Shown here one piece after another: positions 48,729 to 58,200 of a stretch of DNA of 64,000 nt (the stretch's first letter is position 1; every line of letters starts with the position of its first letter). Origin of the DNA: Plasmodiophora brassicae (Eukaryota). A program made the position numbers and the translations under genes. The stretch covers positions 248,001-312,000 of the forward strand of contig CP145413.1 of the NCBI GenBank assembly GCA_036867785.1. The letters run 5' to 3'. The notes under the pieces were generated by a model. That model did not search any database. It was given only the letters and a program-made list of their open reading frames with translations, and was not told where the DNA came from.

Positions 48729-51700
48729 TCACAACTTGGCGCCGCTGGTGCCCGACTCGACACGGTCCGGGTTGGTCTTGGGCGCGTGATGCGAGTTGTG
48801 GCTCTTCTGGGTGGTGGTCCCGTCCCGCGTCCGGACGCCGCTGTACGTGCCGGGCTGGTTGCCCTTGCTGGTCCGGACGACGTTCTCCTCGGGCAGGAAC
48901 TTGACGACGTAGAACTTGTAGCCGAACAGGATCGCCCAGGTGGAGAACATGGCCAGGGCCAGGGCGAAGCAGGTCACGAAGAGCATGGCGCTGGGGTTGT
49001 CGGCGATCAGCCCGCTGAGCACCAGGAAGATCAGGCACTGCGTCGAGATGGCGTACGCCATGAACGACAGCGCCTTGGCCTCGTTGAACACGGACGGCAC
49101 CGTGCGCACCTTGACGGCCAGCAGCATGCTGACGGCGATCAGCAGGCCCTTGTAGACGACGCTGGTCGTGTACAGGTACCCGGAGGCGGGCGACACGCCC
49201 GAGCACGTGTGGTACTGGCGGCCGGCGCTGACGACGACCTGCGCGCGCAGCGGGTCGACCAGCAGCCAGACCAGGTTGATGAGCATGTCGACGGCGAACA
49301 TGCCGGCCAGGACGACCGTCAGCTGCCAGTTGGTGACGCGGGCCACCGTCTTGCCCTCGACGTAGATGAAGATGTACAGGATGCGCCCGGTCTTGACGAT
49401 GATCGACCCGACCAGCAGGACGAAGGCGACGGACAGGAGGAAGGGGCGCGCGGCGCAGAACCCCGGCAGGAGCGACAGGTCCATCTCGAACAGGGCGGAC
49501 AGGAACAGGAGCAGGAAGCCGCACAGGATGCCGACCAGCATGATGGACTGGAAGAAGACGGACCCGGCCTTGACGATGGGCTGCTCGCGCCACCGGTACA
49601 CGAGGAGGGCCGACCCGAGGCAGACGACGGTGCCCAGCAGCGACACGGCCATGCTGACGCCGACCGAGGCCAGGCTGGCGTCGGTGAACAGCGCCGACAG
49701 CGTCGTGCGCGTGCCGAGCGTGACGGCCAGGTTCTGCGTGCCCGACGCCATCACCGCCCACCCGTTCAGGCAGGACACGATCTCGTAGCTGACGGCGTCG
49801 ACCAGCTGGTACCCGGGCGAGGCGCCGATCGACGCCAGCGACGGCGACCGGTACGCGATCGTCAGGTTGCGGTTGGCCACGAGGATCTCGGCCGTCCCGT
49901 TCAGCGACGCCGCCCCGACCAGCTGGATCGCGTCGATGCCGTGCTCGCCCTTGCTCTTCAGCGCGTTCACCGTCAGGCGCAGCGACCGCGTCGCGAAGTT
50001 CGTCGGGCAGACGGGCGGCTGCCACGTGCGCATGGCGGTCAGGCCGGCGGGCAGGACGGCGCCCGCCCAGATCGTCGCCCAGGTGCCGTCCGGGCGCTGC
50101 GCCTCGATCTGCTGGACGGCGCCGCCGCCCGTGCTCTCGTAGACGTTGACGCCGGTCGCGTACACGGCGTTGGCGAACGCCACGACGATCGTGGCGACGA
50201 CGGGCCCGTTCGGCGACCAGGCGTTCGCCGACGGGCCGCCGACGCGGACGTTGGCAGCGCCGACGACGGCGCTGGCCGGGTGCCCGTCCGCCGACGACGA
50301 CGCGCCGACGACGTGGTCGACCCACTGCGGCGCGATGCCGATCGGCGCGTACTGGTACTGGCCGACGTCGTCGTCGGCGACGCTGACGCCGTCGTCGCCG
50401 ACCTGGTGCAGCGTCCCGTACTGGGGCATGGAGCGGATCAGGACGCGGGCGTCGCCCGGCCCCACCCCGTTGACGAGCAGCGGCCCGAACTCGATGTAGG
50501 AGACGGCGCCGCCGACGAGCGCGGCGCCGTCGCCGATCGTGTAGGACGCGCGACACAGCGTCGTGGACAGGGGCAGGCGCGCGTCCTGCAACGACAGCGT
50601 CTGGTTGCAGGGGGCGCAGGCGGTCGCCCCCGGGCGCGCCGTGTACGTGCGGCCGGGCGCGCACGGGTCGCACCCGACCGCACCGGTCCCCGACTGGAAC
50701 GTGTTCACCGGGCACGCCAGGCACGACGTGGCGAACGACGGCAACGGCGCGTACGTCCCTGCCGGGCAGGGCACGCAGCGGCGCGCCGCCTGGTCCAGGT
50801 GCGTGCCCTCGGTGCACATGACGTTGACGCGGACGCTGAGCGGCGACGACGCCGCCCACGCGTCGCTGACCACGTAGGCGATCGTCGTGAACGGCATGCC
50901 GCCGTCGCCGTCGTTCGTCAGGACCTGGAGGCGGGCGCTGGGCAGCGTCACGGGCGCCGACGTGATCGTGTGCCACGACGACCCGTTCGGGTTCCAGTAC
51001 TGGACGACGCCGTGGTCGGGCACGCCCGTCACCGTGTAGGCGATCGGGTCGCCGTCCGGGTCGGACCCGTTCAGGACGACGCCGACCGTCTGCCCGGTCG
51101 AGCCCGTCGCGTCAAACACGAACCCGCCGATCGGCGCCGACGACACGACCTGGTCGGGGCGCGTCGCCGGGTTCTCGTTGCCCAGGAAGCAGTGTGTGCC
51201 GCCGTAGCAGGTGTGCGTCAGGTAGGCGGGCGAGTCGGCCGACTTGGCCGACGGGATGCAGGCCGAGGCGTCCAGCGCGGGCATCGCTACCGAGGCGTAC
51301 AACGGGAAGTCGGGCTGGCAGTAGAACCGGGGCTCGCACGGGACGCACCCGCCGGCGACCAGGTCGTTGCCGCGCCGGGTGCCGTCGCGGACGACGCCGC
51401 CCGCGTTGTCGTCGAACGTCCAGTAGGCGAACAGGTCGGGTTCGTCGCCGCCCAGCTGCTGCCACATGCGCTGGCGGATCTCGGCGCCCGACAGCGACCG
51501 GTTCCACAGGCGCAGGTCGTCGTACACGCCCTTGTTGAAGACCTCGCTCCAGAACGTCCAGGTGCCGACCGTGACGTGGTTGTACCCGCCCGGGGCGGAC
51601 GCGCTCTGGAACCCGTCGTGCGCCCGCGTCATGTTGGCCAGCTGGCGCCCGTTCACGTAGATGGCGGCCTGCGTCCCCTGGACGTGGTCGGCCACGAACG

Positions 51701-53249
51701 CGTAATGCGCCCACCCGCCGTAGAACGGCGTTGCCGGCGTCGCCAGGTTGTCGCTGCCAATGTTCCAGTTGATGTTGTGGTTCCCGTCCGGCATCTGGAC
51801 GTGCCAGCGGCCCCAGCGGCGCCCGGCGCCGAACTCGGACGCCCACGCCTGGTCCATCTCGCCGTTGCCGTTCAGGCTGAAGAAGGCCGTGTCGCCGGCG
51901 CACGACGCGTCCAGGTAGGCCCAGAACTCGACCGTGATCGCCGACAGGCCGTTGGACGGCGAGACGCGCGGCCAGGCCAGCGACGGCGCGATAAAGTACT
52001 GCTGGACGCCGTCGAGCGACGCGGCGTTCCCCGCCGACCCTGCCACCGGCCGCGTGTTCAGGCGCGCGTTCAGGACGATCGTGGCGTGCTGCGCCAGGAC
52101 GAAGCCGCCGGGCGCCCGCACCGACAGGTCGACGTCGATCGAGGCGACCGGGGCGCCCGTCTTGCCCAGCACCTGCGCGAACGTCAACGACAGGGCGGAC
52201 GACACCGCCTGGATGACGGTGCCGGGCGTCGTCACCGGCACGCCGTTGATCGTGACCGTGCCGACGCCGGCCGGCAGGTTCACCCTGGTGACCGTCAGCG
52301 TGGCGTTGCGCCCGACGACGCTGGCGGTGCGGTTCCGGGCGACCAGCAGCGCGATCGTGACCGGGTCGGCACGCGACGACGTCGTGTCCTGGCGCGCCTC
52401 GACGATCAGCGACGACGACGTCGTGTTGGTCGGGAACGGGGCCGTCGACGGGACGCGCGCCGGCGAACGAACGAGCAGGCCGCCACCGACGGAGACGCTG
52501 GTCGGCCCGGCCGCCATGCCATGGTTGATGGGCGGGCCCTGCGCCTCGTCGAACGTCAGGTACAGGATCAGGTGGTTGGCGATGTCGTCGGCGCTGGGCG
52601 GCGTCCACATCATGGCGGCGATGTCGGCCGGGTCGGTGATGGCGCGCTTGTAGATGCGGATGTCGTCCAGGTCGCCCTGCAGCGTCTGGTGGTTGGAGCT
52701 GCCCGCCGTCGTGTCGAACTGGCCGACGTTCAGCGTCGTGCCGAACGGCAGCGACGCGTACGACGTCGCGTAGTCGCATCGTCGCTGCAGGACGCCGTCG
52801 ATGAAGTAGTACTGGAGGTTGGGCGTGCGCACGAACGCCAGATGGTGCCAGGTGCCGTCGGCCAGGTTCCGCCCAGTGACGTAGTCGAACGAGCACTGGC
52901 TGGCGAAGTCGAGGCTCTCGACACCCTGGACCTTGAAGAAGCCAACCCGGTCCAGTTGCAGCAGGGGGCCGTCGTGCAGAGCGAACCCGGCTATGGTCAT
53001 CTCGGTGGACGTCAGAGCCGGGATATTAATCCAGGCGGCCAGCGTCATGCTCTGCGACGCGAACGGGTTCGCGCCGTTGCCGGCCGCGCACAGCATCGTG
53101 ATCTGCAGGAACGTGCGACGCGCTGGGTCGGCGCTGAACCGCATCGCGCTCCCGCTCGCCGGTATGTACGACTCGGACAAGGCCGCCGTCGCCTGACGGG
53201 CAAACACGAGGATCGCCATGGCCGTAACTGCTGTCGACAACGCCGCCAT
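48729..53249 (-). CDS. Class C (7tm_3, GABA-B-like) GPCR with LamG/pentraxin, cadherin-like and Cys-rich ectodomain, copy A
   Basis: 1506-aa intronless ORF with signal peptide. Two LamG-like domains (WHHLAF..GDLDDIRIY; WAHYAF..GVYDDLRLWN). GSDPDGDPIAY cadherin-like unit. CxPCPAGTY repeats. 7TM with IVKAGS, IIVKTGRI, KVRTVPSVFNEAK. Confidence 0.88.
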   Translation of the reverse strand: MAALSTAVTAMAILVFARQATAALSESYIPASGSAMRFSADPARRTFLQITMLCAAGNGANPFASQSMTLAAWINIPALTSTEMTIAGFALHDGPLLQLDRVGFFKVQGVESLDFASQCSFDYVTGRNLADGTWHHLAFVRTPNLQYYFIDGVLQRRCDYATSYASLPFGTTLNVGQFDTTAGSSNHQTLQGDLDDIRIYKRAITDPADIAAMMWTPPSADDIANHLILYLTFDEAQGPPINHGMAAGPTSVSVGGGLLVRSPARVPSTAPFPTNTTSSSLIVEARQDTTSSRADPVTIALLVARNRTASVVGRNATLTVTRVNLPAGVGTVTINGVPVTTPGTVIQAVSSALSLTFAQVLGKTGAPVASIDVDLSVRAPGGFVLAQHATIVLNARLNTRPVAGSAGNAASLDGVQQYFIAPSLAWPRVSPSNGLSAITVEFWAYLDASCAGDTAFFSLNGNGEMDQAWASEFGAGRRWGRWHVQMPDGNHNINWNIGSDNLATPATPFYGGWAHYAFVADHVQGTQAAIYVNGRQLANMTRAHDGFQSASAPGGYNHVTVGTWTFWSEVFNKGVYDDLRLWNRSLSGAEIRQRMWQQLGGDEPDLFAYWTFDDNAGGVVRDGTRRGNDLVAGGCVPCEPRFYCQPDFPLYASVAMPALDASACIPSAKSADSPAYLTHTCYGGTHCFLGNENPATRPDQVVSSAPIGGFVFDATGSTGQTVGVVLNGSDPDGDPIAYTVTGVPDHGVVQYWNPNGSSWHTITSAPVTLPSARLQVLTNDGDGGMPFTTIAYVVSDAWAASSPLSVRVNVMCTEGTHLDQAARRCVPCPAGTYAPLPSFATSCLACPVNTFQSGTGAVGCDPCAPGRTYTARPGATACAPCNQTLSLQDARLPLSTTLCRASYTIGDGAALVGGAVSYIEFGPLLVNGVGPGDARVLIRSMPQYGTLHQVGDDGVSVADDDVGQYQYAPIGIAPQWVDHVVGASSSADGHPASAVVGAANVRVGGPSANAWSPNGPVVATIVVAFANAVYATGVNVYESTGGGAVQQIEAQRPDGTWATIWAGAVLPAGLTAMRTWQPPVCPTNFATRSLRLTVNALKSKGEHGIDAIQLVGAASLNGTAEILVANRNLTIAYRSPSLASIGASPGYQLVDAVSYEIVSCLNGWAVMASGTQNLAVTLGTRTTLSALFTDASLASVGVSMAVSLLGTVVCLGSALLVYRWREQPIVKAGSVFFQSIMLVGILCGFLLLFLSALFEMDLSLLPGFCAARPFLLSVAFVLLVGSIIVKTGRILYIFIYVEGKTVARVTNWQLTVVLAGMFAVDMLINLVWLLVDPLRAQVVVSAGRQYHTCSGVSPASGYLYTTSVVYKGLLIAVSMLLAVKVRTVPSVFNEAKALSFMAYAISTQCLIFLVLSGLIADNPSAMLFVTCFALALAMFSTWAILFGYKFYVVKFLPEENVVRTSKGNQPGTYSGVRTRDGTTTQKSHNSHHAPKTNPDRVESGTSGAKL

Positions 53250-54354
53250 CTTGGCGTCCGACGCTTGAACTTGACGAGTGGCGCTTCGTGGGTCGGACCG
53301 GAACGGTTCCCTGGACGCTACTGTGACCGTCTGTAGGTGATGTGCTTTACTTCACCGCATGCGGGGCCGGTGTGGTCTCCCTGTGGCCTGACACCGGCAG
53401 CTGCGGCAGCGTGGTGGCGGCATCACGCCAGCGCGTGCGGCGTCGTACACGGCACGCGGAATGCGGCAGCGGGGGCCCTGCGACCCAGCCATGCAGACTG
53501 CCGCTCCCAATGTCCACCTGCTCTCTCCGGCCTGATGCATGACTGGACGTCTTAGGTCTACTTTGGCTGGGCTCGTCAAATGCGATTCGTGCGCCCGTCA
53601 AGCAATCTTATATCCCAGTGCCAAGGGTCGAGCCAGCACAGACATGGCCTTTGCGGCCAAATGTCGAGGTTGACTTCTGCGCAGGTCGATCTCTCGGCTT
53701 CGCCTTGCAGTATTTGTCTGCAGTGCCTTGGCTATGGCAGCGCAGATAATGACGGTACACCTTCGGAACTCGAAAAGTGCACACTTTAACATGCCTCCAT
53801 TCGGAAGACTGTGCCATATAGAATGAAAAGACGCAACACATGTATCAGTGAATACTATACGCCGAGTCGCAACTTCGTCGTGGACCTGTTTTGGTATCGT
53901 CGGGAGGGCTTGTAGTTGTCTAATCCACAATAGTTAATAGGGAGTCCGAGAATATGTGTACTCAGGTGTTTTGTTGACACGCACACTCTCGGACGGCAAT
54001 GCCACATCCATCAGTGTGAGATGTCCGCGTTCAGAACTCCCATCCGGCGACAGGCTCCGCCATCCACCTATCCGCACTGGTAGACAGTGGAGCTAGCCAC
54101 AACTTCATCGACCACGATATCGCCACGGTTTCCGCCTCACAGGGGGATAGGGCTGTGGATCGTTGCTTTTGTGACTGCCCGACGCGTCCACCGCGCCCAC
54201 CACCTGCGCCCGCTCAGCCGGGAAACGTGCGCTTTGGATCGCAGCGTCGAGCGCCGATGGCTGGCATGGGCGTACAGCCATGCCAAGGGCGGGATGTAGA
54301 GACGATACAAGTTTGTCGGCTAGGAGTTTACCGCCCAGAGTGAAGTCGCCGTTT

Positions 54355-54438
54355 GACGATGCGAGGGCTTGGCGTGTATACGCCAAGCCCTCGCATCGTC
54401 TAACCTAAACGACACTTACTGGCCAGTAAGTGTCGTTT
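54355..54438. repeat. Twin perfect hairpins: 21-bp stem with 4-nt loop (54355-54400) and 32-bp palindrome (54407-54438)
   Basis: GACGATGCGAGGGCTTGGCGT-gtat-ACGCCAAGCCCTCGCATCGTC and AAACGACACTTACTGG|CCAGTAAGTGTCGTTT. Confidence 0.95.
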
Positions 54439-55260
54439 TATAGGATTTTCTCTTAGGGGATCAGCTGAGCAGGTGGAAAGGCGAGGGGGCGCCCACAGGA
54501 GGTTGATGTAGTCAGGAGTGTAAGCAGATCAACCAAGGAACGGAAAGTCTAGCTACATACCTTTGAGGAATTGCGGAGCCCTCAGACTTGCCCCGGAGTC
54601 GCCAATCTGCGAGATCTAGGACAAAGGTGATAGGCCGGCGCTGCCAGGTCGGGGGAAGTTGGCGTTCTGCAAGCTGATCCTAGGGTCGTCGCATCCGAGA
54701 CCGAGGCGCCTGCGAGAAACATACCTGGTGGGTAGGTCTTCATGGGAAAGTGTGGTTTAGGAGCAAACGCCTTACTTGCACCTGCTCTTGATGCAGCTGG
54801 TCACGCCTGTAAGGTCGATTATCATCATCATGTTTATGTCTGCCGCATAATTAGTAACAGGGTGATTCCAAGGTATTTGACCTCTGGCGTGATCACTATT
54901 TGAACTGGTTCGCCTTGACGCAGTCATTCGGACTGTATTGGTTGAATAGGACAGTTTCGTCCCAGTTGATCTTGCTGAGACCATCGTACTTGTTTATTGG
55001 AATCCCCAGTTGCCAATATGGCGATGTCGCCGACAAAGATGTTGTTGGAGATTCCTTCGACCGGCTAAACCGTTGGACCCGATATCGTCGGTGTCAGACG
55101 CGGCCCATCACTGTAAGGCGCCATTTCAGGTTACGCACCCACGTCTGTCAAAGGTTTCAAATACCTACCCAGGCGGTCACAGACTTACGGTTTACCTCAA
55201 CAGGGGCAGAGTCCACGCCCATAAAGCGCCACTCGTCAAGTTCAAGCGTCGGACGCCAAG

Positions 55261-58200
55261 ATGGCGGCGTTGTCGACAGCAGTGACCGTCATGGCGATCC
55301 TCGTGTTTGCCCGTCAGGCGACGGCGGCCTTGTCCGAGTCGTACATACCGGCGAGCGGGAACGCGATGCGGTTCAGCGCCGACCCAGCGCGTCGCACGTT
55401 CCTGCAGACCACGATGCTGTGCGCGGCCGGCAACGGCGCGAACCCGTTCGCGTCGCAGAGCATGACGCTGGCCGCCTGGATTAATATCCCGGCTCTGACG
55501 TCCACCGAGATGACCATAGCCGGGTTCGCTCTGCACGACGGCCCCCTGCTGCAACTGGATCGGGTCGGCTTCTTCAAGGTCCAGGGTGTCGAGAGCCTCG
55601 ACTTCGCCAGCCAGTGCTCGTTCGACTACGTCACTGGGCGGAACCTGGCCGACGGCACCTGGCACCATCTGGCGTTCGTGCGCACGCCCAACCTCCAGTA
55701 CTACTTCATCGACGGCGTCCTGCAGCGACGATGCGACTACGCGACGTCGTACGCGTCGCTGCCGTTCGGCACGACGCTGAACGTCGGCCAGTTCGACACG
55801 ACGGCGGGCAGCTCCAACCACCAGACGCTGCAGGGCGACCTGGACGACATCCGCATCTACAAGCGCGCCATCACCGACCCGGCCGACATCGCCGCCATGA
55901 TGTGGACGCCGCCCAGCGCCGACGACATCGCCAACCACCTGATCCTGTACCTGACGTTCGACGAGGCGCAGGGCCCGCCCATCAACCATGGCATGGCGGC
56001 CGGGCCGACCAGCGTCTCCGTCGGTGGCGGCCTGCTCGTTCGTTCGCCGGCGCGCGTCCCGTCGACGGCCCCGTTCCCGACCAACACGACGTCGTCGTCG
56101 CTGATCGTCGAGGCGCGCCAGGACACGACGTCGTCGCGTGCCGACCCGGTCACGATCGCGCTGCTGGTCGCCCGGAACCGCACCGCCAGCGTCGTCGGGC
56201 GCAACGCCACGCTGACGGTCACCAGGGTGAACCTGCCGGCCGGCGTCGGCACGGTCACGATCAACGGCGTGCCGGTGACGACGCCCGGCACCGTCATCCA
56301 GGCGGTGTCGTCCGCCCTGTCGTTGACGTTCGCGCAGGTGCTGGGCAAGACGGGCGCCCCGGTCGCCTCGATCGACGTCGACCTGTCGGTGCGGGCGCCC
56401 GGCGGCTTCGTCCTGGCGCAGCACGCCACGATCGTCCTGAACGCGCGCCTGAACACGCGGCCGGTGGCAGGGTCGGCGGGGAACGCCGCGTCGCTCGACG
56501 GCGTCCAGCAGTACTTTATCGCGCCGTCGCTGGCCTGGCCGCGCGTCTCGCCGTCCAACGGCCTGTCGGCGATCACGGTCGAGTTCTGGGCCTACCTGGA
56601 CGCGTCGTGCGCCGGCGACACGGCCTTCTTCAGCCTGAACGGCAACGGCGAGATGGACCAGGCGTGGGCGTCCGAGTTCGGCGCCGGGCGCCGCTGGGGC
56701 CGCTGGCACGTCCAGATGCCGGACGGGAACCACAACATCAACTGGAACATTGGCAGCGACAACCTGGCGACGCCGGCAACGCCGTTCTACGGCGGGTGGG
56801 CGCATTACGCGTTCGTGGCCGACCACGTCCAGGGGACGCAGGCCGCCATCTACGTGAACGGGCGCCAGCTGGCCAACATGACGCGGGCGCACGACGGGTT
56901 CCAGAGCGCGTCCGCCCCGGGCGGGTACAACCACGTCACGGTCGGCACCTGGACGTTCTGGAGCGAGGTCTTCAACAAGGGCGTGTACGACGACCTGCGC
57001 CTGTGGAACCGGTCGCTGTCGGGCGCCGAGATCCGCCAGCGCATGTGGCAGCAGCTGGGCGGCGACGAACCCGACCTGTTCGCCTACTGGACGTTCGACG
57101 ACAACGCGGGCGGCGTCGTCCGCGACGGCACCCGGCGCGGCAACGACCTGGTCGCCGGCGGGTGCGTCCCGTGCGAGCCCCGGTTCTACTGCCAGCCCGA
57201 CTTCCCGTTGTACGCCTCGGTAGCGATGCCCGCGCTGGACGCCTCGGCCTGCATCCCGTCGGCCAAGTCGGCCGACTCGCCCGCCTACCTGACGCACACC
57301 TGCTACGGCGGCACACACTGCTTCCTGGGCAACGAGAACCCGGCGACGCGCCCCGACCAGGTCGTGTCGTCGGCGCCGATCGGCGGGTTCGTGTTTGACG
57401 CGACGGGCTCGACCGGGCAGACGGTCGGCGTCGTCCTGAACGGGTCCGACCCGGACGGCGACCCGATCGCCTACACGGTGACGGGCGTGCCCGACCACGG
57501 CGTCGTCCAGTACTGGAACCCGAACGGGTCGTCGTGGCACACGATCACGTCGGCGCCCGTGACGCTGCCCAGCGCCCGCCTCCAGGTCCTGACGAACGAC
57601 GGCGACGGCGGCATGCCGTTCACGACGATCGCCTACGTGGTCAGCGACGCGTGGGCGGCGTCGTCGCCGCTCAGCGTCCGCGTCAACGTCATGTGCACCG
57701 AGGGCACGCACCTGGACCAGGCGGCGCGCCGCTGCGTGCCCTGCCCGGCAGGGACGTACGCGCCGTTGCCGTCGTTCGCCACGTCGTGCCTGGCGTGCCC
57801 GGTGAACACGTTCCAGTCGGGGACCGGTGCGGTCGGGTGCGACCCGTGCGCGCCCGGCCGCACGTACACGGCGCGCCCGGGGGCGACCGCCTGCGCCCCC
57901 TGCAACCAGACGCTGTCGTTGCAGGACGCGCGCCTGCCCCTGTCCACGACGCTGTGTCGCGCGTCCTACACGATCGGCGACGGCGCCGCGCTCGTCGGCG
58001 GCGCCGTCTCCTACATCGAGTTCGGGCCGCTGCTCGTCAACGGGGTGGGGCCGGGCGACGCCCGCGTCCTGATCCGCTCCATGCCCCAGTACGGGACGCT
58101 GCACCAGGTCGGCGACGACGGCGTCAGCGTCGCCGACGACGACGTCGGCCAGTACCAGTACGCGCCGATCGGCATCGCGCCGCAGTGGGTCGACCACGTC

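Noticed and set aside
48669-53336. 1555-aa and 1536-aa ORFs antisense to the GPCRs, plus 594-aa and 762-aa alternative-frame ORFs
   Set aside because: Arg/Gly/Ala-rich with no domains. These are shadow ORFs expected from extreme GC3 bias.
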